64,000 bases of DNA from assembly GCA_026770705.1 (NCBI GenBank), contig JANJGN010000027.1, positions 25,544,001 to 25,608,000 of the forward strand, written 5' to 3'. The stretch is from Isurus oxyrinchus (Eukaryota). The notes under the pieces were generated by a model. That model did no database searches and was not told the DNA's origin. It worked only from the letters and a program-made list of their open reading frames with translations. Of the stretch, positions 11,612-23,305 are shown one piece after another. The translations under genes were made by a program, and so were the position numbers. The first letter of the stretch is position 1; every line of letters starts with the position of its first letter.

Positions 11612-12910
11612 ACAGAATAGGTGGCCATTCAGCCCGTTCTTTTCCTGTCAGCTGTCTCAGAGTGAGTCCCACTCTCCTGTCAGCTGTCTCAGAGCGAGTC
11701 CCACTCTCCTGTCTCAGAGCGAGTCCCATTCTCCTGTCTCAGAGTGAGTCCCACTCTCCTGTCTCAGAGCGAGTCCCACTCTCCTGTCTCAGAGCGAGTC
11801 CCACTCTCCTGTCTCAGAGCGAGTCCCACTCTCCTGTCCCAGAGCGAGTCCCACTCTCCTGTCCCAGAGCGAGTCCCACTCTCCTGTCTCAGAGCGAGTC
11901 CCACTCTCCTGTCACAGAGCGAGTCCCACTCTCCTGTCTCAGAGCGAGTCCCACTCTCCTGTCTCAGAGCGAGTCTCACTCTCCTGTCTCAGAGTGAGTC
12001 CCACTCTCCTGTCTCAGAGCGAGTCCCACTCTCCTGTCTCAGAGCGAGTCCCACTCTCCTTTGTCGGAGCGAGTCCCACTCTCCTGTCTCAGAGCGAGTC
12101 CCACTCTCCTGTCTCAGAGTGAGTCCCACTCTCCTGTCTCAGAGCGAGTCCCACTCTCCTGTCTCAGAGCGAGTCTCATTCTCCTGTCTCAGAGCGAGTC
12201 CCACTCTCCTGTCACAGAGCGAGTCCCACTCTCCTGTCTCAGAGCGAGTCCCACTCTCCTGTCTCAGAGCGAGTCCCACTCTCCTGTCTCAGAGCGAGTC
12301 CCACTCTCCTGTCTCAGAGCGAGTCCCACTCTCCTGTCTCAGAGCGAGTCCCACTCTCCTGTCTCAGAGCGAGTCCCACTCTCCTGTCTCAGAGCGAGTC
12401 CCACTCTCCTGTCTCAGAGCGAGTCCCACTCTCCTGTCTCAGACCGAGTCCCACTCTCCTGTCTCAGAGCGAGTCCCACTCTCCTGTCTCAGAGCGAGTC
12501 CCACTCTCCTGCTTTCTCCCTGCAGCCATTCCTCTCTTTTTGAATAATTATCCAATTCCTTTTTGAATGCTGCAATTGAACCTGCCCTTGGCCCACTCTC
12601 CGGCTGCAGGTTCCGGATCCTAACCGCTCACCGCATTTAAAACAAAGTTTATCCTCATTATCACCATTGCCTCTTTTGCCAATCATCTTAACTTGGTGTC
12701 CACTGATTGTCAATCTTTCCACCAATGGGAGCACTTACTCCCTATCTACTCCCTCCAGGCCCCTCGTGATTTTGGACACCTCTGTAAGATCTCCTCTCAA
12801 CCTTGACCTCCAAGGAAAAGAGTCTAATGTCTCCTCATGTAACTGAAGCCCCTCCTCCCTGGGAGCAGCCTTGTAAATCTTTTCTGCACTCTCACCAATG
12901 TCTTCACATT
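11612..12910 (-). mobile_element. CR1 LINE 3' fragment split by a minisatellite
   Basis: Tail GGCCATTCAGCCC at about 11623. The sequence resumes at 12512 with the CR1-type end of ORF2 (LPLVERLTISGHQVKMIGKR on the minus strand). Confidence 0.75.
11654..12511. repeat. Minisatellite, 25-bp unit, about 34 copies
   Basis: Highly homogeneous unit GTCTCAGAGCGAGTCCCACTCTCCT. Confidence 0.97.
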
Positions 12911-13452
12911 GAGAGTGTCCGAGGTACTTGCAGTACAGGGTTCACACTGTCTTTGTAGATCTATGTGGAGTCATTCTTCCTGTGTGAACCACAATTTCTG
13001 TGTAAATACAGCACAAGTCCAGCATCAGCGCCTAGTGAACACAGAGTGAAGCAGAGGGTAATGTTTCGGGAGCTCGCTGGCAATTGCCCACAGAGGCCGT
13101 TCCGTGTCAGCTATCGTGCCCAGGAAACTATTTCTAATCGCAGTTATAATTGGAGTGTTGCAGGACTGGACGGTGCAAGCAGTCATCAGAAAATATTTAC
13201 AAGAGAAACTAGAAAACTGTGGGCTTTCATCCGTGAAATGAAGTAATCGAGGATGGAGTTGGAGACGGAATACAACTTCAAACTGTGGCAAAGGGTGAGG
13301 GGAGACAGTTCAAACAAGCGAGAGGCAGGTTTAGGATTGAAATCAGGATATTCTTCACGCAACGAGTGGTTTACGCATGAAACGCACAAACAGCAGGAGG
13401 CCATTCAGACTGGGTCACTGGGAGAGGGATACAGTGGGTTTAGCAGCAAGAG

Positions 13453-13858
13453 CAGGGGGTAACTCTCAGTGCCCCCCCAACATTCCCCCTCCCCTTCCCA
13501 ATGTCCAATCAGGCACAAAGTGGGCCCCCCACCCCCCTTCCCCCTCCCCACGGCCTGGGAGGTGACAATATGGCCACACGTGCACACTGCCTGGCAACAA
13601 CCCAGCTGCAGGTGGGTTAATATGGGCAGCGGAGGAACAAGGCCCCTAACCGGTCAGTAATTGGCCACTTAAAGGCCTCAATAGGCTGCAGGTTGGGAAG
13701 GTCGACCACGGGCCTTCCTGCCTAGAACTTAATTCTGACAGCGGTGGGGAGTGGGAGTGGGGCGGGGGGGGGGGGTGTCTGGTACGTCACCATCCCACCT
13801 AATTACAGGCCTTACCCACCTCCAAGCTCACCACCAGCGAGAGTCGAAGATTCCAGCC
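13453..13858. mobile_element. Probable Harbinger-type MITE (old)
   Basis: GC-rich island with AATTGGCCACTTAAAGGCCTCAAT motifs like those in the Harbinger subterminal regions. The right end ...AAGATTCCAGCC resembles the TIR. Confidence 0.5.
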
Positions 13859-14124
13859 TATGAGCTTATCCTGGACGAATGGGATGAGCAGTTTTTCTCA
13901 ACAGTGTCTCTTTAGTGAGCAGCTGAGCAGGATCCAGCGATGAGCAGGTCACCTTTGATACTTTGATCTGATTGGAATGTCACACTATCCAGTCTGAATT
14001 TGGCAAACAGTTAAAGGGTGAGAAGCTGTGTCTTTTTGCCCCTAACTTTTGGCAATGTTCAAAAAGCCACACCCCTTTTTCCATTGGATACCAATCAGAT
14101 CGAGTCTAACCCTGTCCATTGGGG

Positions 14125-14553
14125 ATTGGGCCTGTACTCATTGGAGTTTAGAAGAATGAGAGGTGACCTTATTGAAACATATAAAGTCCTTTCGGGACTT
14201 GACAGGGCAGGTTCTGAGAGATTGTTTCTCCCTGTGGGAGAGTCTAGGACCAGAGAGCATAATTTCAGAGTAAAGGGGCCACCCATTTAAAACAGAGAGG
14301 AGGAGGAATTTCTCCTCTCAGAGGGTAGTCAATCTGTGGAGTTCTTTACCACAGAGGCCTTCAGAGGCTGGGTCAGTAAATATATTCAAGACTTGAGATA
14401 GACAGATTTTTAATCAGTAAGGGAATCAAAGATCATGGGGAAAAGGCAGGAAAGTGGTTGAGGATTAGTAGATCAGCCATGATCTCATTAAATGGCGGAG
14501 CAAGCTAGATGGGCTGAATGGCCTACTCTTGCTCCTACGTCTCATGATCTTAT
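14125..14553 (+). mobile_element. CR1 LINE 3' fragment
   Basis: LGLYSLEFRRMRGDLIETYKVLSGLDR...ESRTREH. The tail is GATGGGCTGAATGGCCTACTCTTGCTCCTA plus (TCTTATG) repeats. Confidence 0.92.
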
Positions 14554-14994
14554 GGATTGAAGTCCATCCCTTCATCAGGGGAAAATGGAGATTAAAAGCC
14601 ACATCACCACTGCCTCATTTAAAAAGAAATCTGTACTCTCCCAGTTATCTGAGCTGCTATTAATAATGTGATTTAATGGTCACATTAATGGACTCGGTTA
14701 TCTGGAAATTTTTATATTGATTTTTCTTCCTTCACAGTGAGTATGAAGGTCTTGGCCTATTAAAAGCCTGTGTGAAATGAGTTTTAAGGTGCAGTATTTC
14801 AGACCCCAGTTGGCAAAACCGTCCTACAGGGCAGAACTGTTGTCGTGTGAGGGACCTGAAAGCTGGAGCGGTGAGCTGGATGTGGAGATGGGTTGGCGTG
14901 GGTACAATCTGCATCGAGGCAAGAGAGAGAGAGAGAGAGAGAGAGCCCGAATTCTCCACTTCCCGAGAAACAGCTCCTTTTAAATAAAGCAAAA

Positions 14995-15310
14995 TGAAAC
15001 AGAAATGTCACTGAAACAAAATACAGGGGCTGGAAATCAGAACTAGAAAGCGAAAATACTGGAAATCCGCAGTCAGCATCTGTGGGGAGAGAAGCAGAGT
15101 CAACGCTTTGGGTCAGAACTGGAAACAGTTCAAAGTGTAACCGGTCTGACATGCAGAGGTGCAGGGAGAGGGGTAAGTCAGCAGGCGAGGCGATAGGCAA
15201 AAGGGATGATAGTGCAGGGCAAAAGCAATTGATAATGGACAAAAGCTGGCTCTACAATTACAGCAGAAACATTAACACTAGCTGCCTGATAGAACGAGAG
15301 CAGAGATGAG
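14995..15310 (-). mobile_element. Old Penelope-like 3' fragment
   Basis: GCTGGAAATCAGAAC...CAGCATCTGTGGGGAGAGAAGCAGAGTCAACG is the reverse complement of the PLE terminus. Confidence 0.65.
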
Positions 15311-15483
15311 TCAGATTTGTTTAATGGCCGTTTCAAGGGGCAATGGGCATTGTTAAACATCCCACTGAAGCAGCAAGGCCTCTGGTATCTCTTCTGTTGC
15401 ATTTGGCTCTTAGGCCTGGAAGATGGGAGTGGGGCTTTGAACTCTCAGCCCTCTAAAGGCACCTCTCTCTCTTCTCTCATGCA

Positions 15484-15868
15484 GAAGGTTGTGGGTTGAA
15501 GCTCCACTCCCGGGGCTTGAGCACAGATCCAGGCTGAGACTCCAGGGCAGTACTGAGGGAGTGCTGCACTGTCAAAGGTGCTGCCTTTTGAAACTGAAGC
15601 CCCTTTCTCAAGTTGACATAGAGATCCCAGCGCATTATCTTGAAGAGGAGGAGGGGAGTTCTTCCTATTGTCCTGGTCAACATTAATGCATCAATCAACA
15701 TCATACAAAAATATTTGGTCATTATCAGGTTGCTGTTTGTGGAGTTGGCTGGGAGCAGATTGGCTGCCACATCTCCTGTGTTACAACAGTGGCTACACTT
15801 CAAAAATACTTCACTGAGCACTTTGGGGGCTTCCTGAGGTCATGGAGGGTGCTATATAAATGCAAGTT
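15484..15868 (+). mobile_element. DeuSINE (SacSINE1/AmnSINE1-like)
   Basis: CAGTACTGAGGGAGTGCTGCACTGTC core and the L2-type tail GCTATATAAATGCAAGT. Confidence 0.88.
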
Positions 15869-16669
15869 GTATGCTGACACTTTGAGATTTATAGCAGCTT
15901 TTAAGTAGAGCCGTGTGTACTGGGGTATGTGAGTTTGTGGTGGCTTCAAAGCTGACTCTATGTCTGTCTGGAGGATCCATAACCGAATCCCAGCCTGAAG
16001 GCTGAGTGAGAACGCTGCTGCTCTCTGCTGGTTTCTAACAGCATTACAGTGTCCCAGCCTCCCTGTTCTTTAAAGGAATTAGTCTGACATTGCCCTGTTC
16101 ACCAGAAGCTGTGGAAATGGATGTGTTACTGCACTTTTAATTTCAGATGGAATATTAATTGTTCTATTTATTTCATTATAACCATTATCATTGCTCATCG
16201 CTGAAGTTGTTTACTGAGCTTAACATTAAAAGCTGCTGTAGTAAAGGTGGTTATGTAAATTTGGTTAGTAATTGTTTAGTTATGGATGTTCTGGTTAATT
16301 TATAACCAACTGTTACCATGATCCAGCTTATTATTATTATTCAAATTATTCAATTTGAGAAGATTTGGGCATCTGATTATGATATGACAAGTCAATGTGA
16401 TTTGAGACCAATCATTTGAAGGAACCTTGTATTAAATCCATTGACAGTACAAATGCCCCATTGGGGTCCCACAGGGACATTGAGCAGGAACCCTAACCTT
16501 TCTGGTGAAAGATAGCAATGTAAGTCATCTGACCTGCAGTGTAATTTATAAAATCACGACTGTGGGCTTGGATTGCAAGATAATGGTTATATCCAACCTG
16601 CACTTGCATGTGTTTGAGCTAACTAGTCTGTATCAGTATGTTACTGATGCTTCTATTTAATGGTTGTTA

Positions 16670-17330
16670 TGGTTGTTACAGCAAAGCAGGAGGCCATACG
16701 GCCCCTTGTGTCAGTCTTGGCTGTCTGAAAATGCTCCCTGCTTATTTCTATTTCCCTTGCCTTGAAATGTATCCATTTTCTTATGAAAAGCTGTGCTAGC
16801 TTCTGCTGCTTCCTCACTGCTTTGAGTCTTATTAACCCTTTCAACAAAACCAAATTCACTGAATGTCTTTCTTTTTGATGAGGAATTTGTCCTCTAGTTA
16901 TCGTCCCACCAACCAATAGATTGTCTCTGTTTAATTTATTTAAAACCTCCTTTTGGTTTTGAACAACTTTCGATATCTCTTAACTGTCTCTGCAGGAGTC
17001 TCACCTACAAATTGAAGTCTCCTAGAGCCCCGTGAGTGAATTTATTCGACATCCTTTTCAAGACATTTAACATCTTCCTAACCGCACAATGTTCTAACTG
17101 CAGCCGAATGAATTCACTGGCATAGCGCTCACTCTTTGCTCATGTATTCTATCATCCAATTTTATAAAATCTATAATCCCACTTTGGAAAAGCTTTATCA
17201 ACCTGCCTTCCCACAGTTAGAGTTTGAGCTTAGCTCTTTCTGCTCTATGACTTCCTTAACATTTATTATTTATTTTGTCCCATGTACCTCATTTCTCTGT
17301 GTTGTATTTCAGTTGACATTGAGCTACTTG
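16670..17330 (-). mobile_element. Old CR1 LINE 3' fragment
   Basis: GCAGGAGGCCATACGGCCCC tail signature, degenerately colinear with other CR1 copies. Confidence 0.55.
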
Positions 17331-17404
17331 ATTGGTTGACCTGAAATCATTGTGCCTTCACAGTTAAACCTTACTTTTGTCACCTTCAAATTCTGATCTT
17401 GCAC

Positions 17405-17810
17405 CAGCAATGGCTCAATGGGTAGCTCTGTCTCCTCTGAATCTGGAGGTTGTAGGTTCATAGTCCCGCTCCAGAGAGTGGATTGTAAAATCCACTCCAG
17501 TGTAGTACTGAGGGAGTGCTGCATTGTCAGAGGTGCTATCTTTCCGATGAGATGTCAAACTGAGGTCCCTGTCAGCTCTCTCAGGTGGATGTGAAAGATC
17601 CCATGGTATTATTTTGAAGAAGAGCAGGGGAGCTATCCCTCCAGCAACATCACTAAAACAGATTATCTGGTCATTATGACATTTGCTGTTTAAGGGAGCT
17701 TGCTGTGCCAGCTGGCTGCCATTTAGTCTTAGGTTACGACAGTGACTAGGCTGTTAAGTGCTTTGAGGTATCTGGTGATTGTGAAAGTGCTAGAGAAATG
17801 CAAGTCCTTA
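17405..17810 (+). mobile_element. DeuSINE, near full length
   Basis: A box TGGCTCAATGG, B box GGTTCATAGTCC, Deu-type core GATGAGATGTCAAACTGAGG...AAAGATCCCATGG...GAAGAGCAGGGG, tail AAATGCAAGT. Confidence 0.9.
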
Positions 17811-18439
17811 ATTTTTCTAATCCTACACCATTAACAAATGGATTAATTGGCCATTGATTTCATTGCTAATGCTGCAATCTGGCTGCAGGAAAACTGGCTT
17901 CAACATTTACTTAACCAACTAACAGTGACCGTGCCTTGTGAAAGGACTCAAGCGTAAAACAATTCTGTCTTTCTTGGATTTCCTAAAGATGAAAGGGCAG
18001 CTGAATTTATCACAGACAATATGCAAACCTAGTGTAAGATCTGTAATAATTGGAACATTAATTATCCAGGCTAATGGCAATTGGGGAAAGGTTTGGAGAA
18101 TTAATTTGTTTGCAAGGTATCAAAGACTCATCAGCAAAGCATGAAACTAAGAAAAGCTCATCCACCGTGGAATGTAAGAATCAGGAACTGACTATTCAGG
18201 AATAAAAAATAAGGTGAAATTACTCCTCAAACTGTTTGGATAATGAAATTCTTCAGACAAGAAATATTTGGGTCATTCACTGTTTACTTCACTTAGTTTT
18301 ACTGTCTGCACACTTTACATTACAAATGGGAATGTGACAAGTGCCAGTGTAACCTGTTCACCTCCAGTATCATCAGAAAACAAGCATCTTCATTTGGACT
18401 TGGGGAATAGTGACAGTGATATGATAGTCCAAAAAACAG

Positions 18440-19290
18440 CCAAGACATTTGGCCCCTCACCTTCTCCACCCTTCAATAAGATCCTCAACTCGTTTCCTGC
18501 CCAATCCCCATATTCTGTAATTGCCCAGAGTAAGGAAGCTCTATCGATCTCATCATCCACAGCCCGGTGGGGCAGAGAATTCTAAAGATTCACAACGCTC
18601 TGAGTCAAGAAAATTTCCCCTCATCTCTGTCTTAAACTGCTGACAATTTATCCCAGTTCTTGGCTCTCCAGCCCATGGGTTACAACCTCTCCACATCGAC
18701 TCTGTCAAACCTCTCAGAAGCTTTGTTTCAATGAGATTACTCCTTATTCTTCTAAACTCCAGAGATTTTCAGCCCAGTCCACTCAATCTCTCATAGGACA
18801 GCCCTGTCTTCCAGGAGTTATTCCAGTGAACCTTTGTTGCGCTCACTCTAAGGCAAGTGTATTCTTCCTCAGACACAGAGACCAAAACTGCACAAAGTAG
18901 TCCAGGTATGGTCTCATCAATGTCCCATACAATTGTAGTAAGACATATTTAATCTTGTATTTGAACTCCTTGGCAATAAAGGCCAATGTGCCATTTGCTT
19001 GTTGTGCCCGCTAGTTAACTTTGTTTCTTGCATGACATCTAAATCCCCCTGTACACTTAATTGTTGGTGTTTCCTCAAATACTCTATCTACTTGCTTCAT
19101 GCCCATTTACTCAGCTTGTCCCTCTGCAAACTCCTCCTCGCAGCTTGTTTCTCCACCTGGCTTTATATTGTCAGCAAAAGTTTTTACATTACACATCAAA
19201 GTCGGTAGTAGAGATCAATAACTGAAGGCCCAACACCAAAGCTTGCCTTATACCCCACTAGGTTACAGCTCTGTCAACCTGAAAACGACT
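18440..19290 (-). mobile_element. CR1 LINE 3' fragment
   Basis: Colinear with 40537-41260 (GGCAGAGAATTC, GACCAAAACTGCAC, GCAATAAAGGCCAA). Confidence 0.8.
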
Positions 19291-20698
19291 CCTTTGTGTG
19301 GCAGTGCTGCTACTGAGGAGAACTGTAACATTATCCTTACCCTATTTGATTGCTGAACACTGTCCCTCAGGCTGAACTCAGCACAACGCAGTTTATTTAT
19401 CAGCACAGTACAGTACAGATTTGAGCACTACGAATGAGCCTGTTTGGAGATCTCCTATCAGGGGCTAAATGCACCAACGCTGCTTTGCTTTGTGCTCCTA
19501 AATGCTCGGCAACATGTCCAAACTGCAGAATCCCTGCCTTTTATCCGTGTGTCTATTAGATGGTTCTGTTTGCGGAACTTTATTGCTTCTACTGATTTGA
19601 GCCAATCACAGGTATTAATCCCAGTGAACTAGAGCATCAAACGCTTGGAAATACTTCTGTAGAACTGAAAAATCAATTTCTTCTCTAGCCGTTGACTGGC
19701 CGGCTGTGCCTCTCCAGCATAAGTTTCCTTTTTTATAAGGATAGATGTTTCTTGCCAGAACAGTTTATTTCTGAGGCTATGAATCACTGCTGGGATATTA
19801 GACCAAGCTTCCCCACGCTACTGTACCGTCCACTATTGTGACAATCTGGAGAATGCCTGTCTAAATGAGGGGGGGGGTGGCTGCAGACGGATGTTTAGAA
19901 AATACTTGGGGCTTTTCTTTACTTGTTCTTAGAGCAGTGATTTGTAGCTTATAAAATGTACAGAGAAAAGGAGTAGCTAAAAAAAACCCCAGCTTGCAGC
20001 CTCAAGATACTCGTTCTCTCGACGCCTGGAAGTTTGATTGAAGAGACTTTTCCTTCAGATACTTTGGAAAATATTCTGACAAAACCTCATTGTTGTGATT
20101 GATTGCCTCAGCAAAAAGCCAATATGTTTACAGTCCATTCTGCTGTGGATCCAGAGGAATGCCTCCCTTCTATTGATCCGTTCCATTGACCAGGAAATGG
20201 TGGATGAGGTTTTTTACACTCTTGGATTTTTATTTTGCTGATTCTGTTGAGCAGCTGAGTTGAGATCCGCTGAGCCCTGCACTTGATAAATGTTCACTTC
20301 TTTTCTACTGTGAACACTATCAAAATGTCGCCACACACACAGTTTATTTCTTGTCTAAATGTCACGTGGTATTTGTTTAAGGAACGCAGGCAGAGATGAG
20401 GTAAGATCCAGGAGGAATCAAATCTCTTTCACCTTGTTATTCCCAGGCCTCCAGTAAAAGGCCAACATGAATGATGTTCAGCTTCTATAGAGTTCCACAT
20501 CAGTGCACTTGTCTCTGGCCAGCCACGCTATATTGCTTTACACACATGACCTACTAATTATAATCCTGAATTACATTGAAATCCAAAGGAGCTTGAATTT
20601 ATTTACAAACCCTGGAGTATTTTAAGCTGATGGATGCTTTTTGCTTTTATACCATTTATCAATGGGCAAAGCATTGTCCATATCGGAGGGATGCTGGT

Positions 20699-20975
20699 TG
20701 TGGTAATATGCCTTTAAGGGGTAGCAGCATGCCATGGTGATATAAGTGTGTTCAGGCAGAACAAGGGTTACTGTGGGACAGGAGAACAATATTTCTCACA
20801 GTACGATGTAGACAGTCCCGTGATCCTAGGCGGTGTGTAGCAGAGTTTGGGAGGAGCCAGCTCCCATGCAGGGCTGCTTGGAGATGTATATAGTTATGGG
20901 TTTCCAAAAAATAGTTTATGTTCAACCACATAAACCTCCAGACCTCTTAGTGAGACACCAAACAACCTTACAACA
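20699..20975 (+). mobile_element. Solo LTR (Gypsy-type) at the 5' head of a SINE
   Basis: Termini TGTGGTAATATGCCTTTAAG...TTACAACA. The start resembles the LTR at 57218. The TSD is not clean. Confidence 0.7.
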
Positions 20976-21540
20976 GCGATGTAGTGGTAATATTACTGAA
21001 CTAGTAATCCAGAGGCCCGGGCTAATGCTCTGGGGTCTTGGGTTCAAATCTCACCACGGCAGCTGGTGGAATTTAAATTCAATTAATAAATTTGGAATTG
21101 AGAACCAGTCTCAGTAAGGGTGACCATGAAACTATCACTGTAGCAAAAACCCATCTAGTTCACTAGTGTCCTTTGGGGAAGGACATCTGCCATGCTTGGC
21201 AGCATCGGCGGAGAAGAAAAGAGTTGACGTTTCGAGTCCTCATGACCCTTCAGGACTCGAAACGTCAACTCTTTTCTTCTCCGCCGATGCTGCCAGACCT
21301 GCTGAGTTTTTCCAGGTAATTCTGTTTTTGTTTTGGATTTCCAGCATCCGCAGTTTTCTTTGTTTTTATATCTGCCATGCTTACCTGGTTTGGACTACAT
21401 TTGATCCCAGACCTGTCGCAAGGTGGTTGACACTTAACTGTCCTCTAAAATGACCTAGCAAGCCACTCAGCTCAAGAGCCAGTGGCGGGTGGGCAAGAAA
21501 TGATGGCCTTGCCAGGAATGCCCACATCCCATAAAAAACA
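20976..21540 (+). mobile_element. tRNA-derived SINE, family B, interrupted by a PLE mini-insertion
   Basis: GTAGTGGTAAT..ACTAGTAATCCAGAGG, B box GGTTCAAATC, tail GGCCTTGCCAGGAATGCCCACATCCCAT. Confidence 0.88.
21198..21369 (+). mobile_element. 172-bp fold-back Penelope mini-insertion with perfect 13-bp TSD
   Basis: TSD ATCTGCCATGCTT at 21185-21197 and 21370-21382. An inverted arm (21198-21251) is joined to a forward PLE terminus (21252-21369). Confidence 0.93.
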
Positions 21541-21779
21541 GAATAATGTACAGTGGTAGCTTAGCGACAGGTAATCACAGCAAAGCCAATCCATTAAATT
21601 CAAATTCCAACATGCTGGGGATTTTCTTTGTACATGTTTAATTAGAAGCTTTATTTGCATTCTGGATACAGATTCAAATCTTCATTGTCTCTCTCACATT
21701 CTGATAGTTTAACCCACCTTGGCATTCTCATTAAGAAGCTATTAGAAACCAGCTAGGTCAATGAAAGTACATCACTGAA

Positions 21780-22270
21780 TCATCACATCAGTTGCACAGA
21801 CAGAGACCTTACAGCAGTACCCGTTCACTGCTGGCCTCTCCATTTGCACTCTCGCCCGATCCTCCTCTCGCTGTTTCCACCCTGACCTATCGCTGGTCTC
21901 TCTGTTACACGCTCACCCAAACCTGCCATCCTCATTTGCATAGGGTCCAGCTGTTTGAGCATTTCCTACCATTCAGTTAGATTGTCTTAACTCCATCAAC
22001 CCACCTCACTCTGTAACCCTGAGTAATTTCACTGTCTTGAAATTTTCAATTAACCCCCAAGCCTTAACAAACTTTTTTTCGGGGAGAGTGGCCAGATTTG
22101 CTCTCTCTGTAAGTGAAGAAGTGCTTCCCAGTATTTACATTTTGTTCTCGTTCTTGCTATTTAAACTCCAAATTGCACCACTACCTCCCTCCCATTTACA
22201 ATCAAATCTGGTGCTATTGGGATGCTTCACTGCATTGAAGGGATATGTAAACGCAAGATGTCCTTGTGCA
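21780..22270 (+). mobile_element. Old L2 LINE 3' fragment
   Basis: Degenerate FKL..PPSHL region and the L2-type tail GGATATGTAAACGCAAG. Confidence 0.45.
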
Positions 22271-23059
22271 GTGCAGATAGCAGCGGAGCAGCTCCTGTTG
22301 CTGAGACATGGTGTCACGAGGAGTGAGCTGGTCACTTGTCTGGTATTTGCCTGGAGATTTTAAATATAGAAAGAAACATATGTTTACAGAAATAGATCAA
22401 AGCAGAGATGTAAAAGTCTTTGGAGTCAGAGTCACAGTCTCAGGAGGGTACAGTCAGCCTTGTTCATCCTCCCAGTAAAGTGGGATAATAAAGACTGGGG
22501 AGGGTGAATGAGGAGTCCTGTAAAATAAACGCACATGATACACAGCATCAGATTTAAGTGTTGTTAGGGAAACAAAATCAAGCAGAACAACCATTCAGCA
22601 TCGCCTGTCAGGCCCACTCTTCCTGAGGTACTGTTTAGTGCTGTGATTACCTTGCCGACTGACAGTAAATTGCTGACTGGCTGGCTTGCTAAATCTGGCT
22701 CTGATGCTGTACATTAATCAAAGATGGACCAGTTTCTGTGTAATCTGCCCGAGGCACTGTGTGTTTTACAGGGGCCGTGAGACTGCACCAGGGATGGGTG
22801 ACCCACAATGAGGGATCTCTGTCCCTACCTCCCTGCTCAACATTTCAACAAAATTAACAAAATGATCCTCAGTCATTTTCAAAGACTCGCTCTCTCAGTT
22901 TCCAGACTCTCTTAGATTCTGCACTGCGATTCCAAACACACTTTCAATCAGGGACCTGGTCAGATTTTGACACTGCTCATATTTATCATGTGACACATCA
23001 GCCCTCCAATATATCAACACTAAACACAAACATCGAAGAGTGCGATAGCCTCCTAACCC

Positions 23060-23305
23060 CGAGGTGTTGGCTGAAGGAGAAAATCGATCAGGAGAGCAGG
23101 AGAAATCCCCAGCTCTTCAAATAGTCTCCCAAGGTCTTTAATGCCCTCCAGTTGGGACAGACAGGGCCTCAGTTTAACTTCTCATTCAAAAGAGAGCACC
23201 TCTGACAGTGCTGCACTCCCTCAGCCTAGACTTTGTGCACAAGTCCCCGGAGTGTGGCTTGAACCCATGACCTCCTGACTCAGAGAGAACAGAGTTACCA
23301 CCGAA
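23060..23305 (-). mobile_element. DeuSINE partial copy
   Basis: GCACCTCTGACAGTGCTGCACTCCCTCAG and GGCTTGAACCC (reverse-complemented core and B box). Confidence 0.8.

Noticed and set aside
11662-12547. 267-aa Ser-rich ORF and overlapping ORFs
   Set aside because: Artefact of the 25-bp repeat.
12965-13462. ORFs of 93 aa and 69 aa in unique sequence
   Set aside because: No recognisable motifs, and the lengths are compatible with chance.
14733-14775. CACAGTG heptamer as a V(D)J recombination signal (also about 27460)
   Set aside because: There is no ACAAAAACC-like nonamer at 12/23 spacing and no Ig/TCR segments.
17408-17480. tRNA genes at SINE heads
   Set aside because: A and B boxes are present, but the sequences continue into SINE bodies and no full cloverleaf is evident.
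18168-18190. miR-1/206-like TGGAATGTAAG
   Set aside because: The match stops after 11 nt and no precursor hairpin is apparent.
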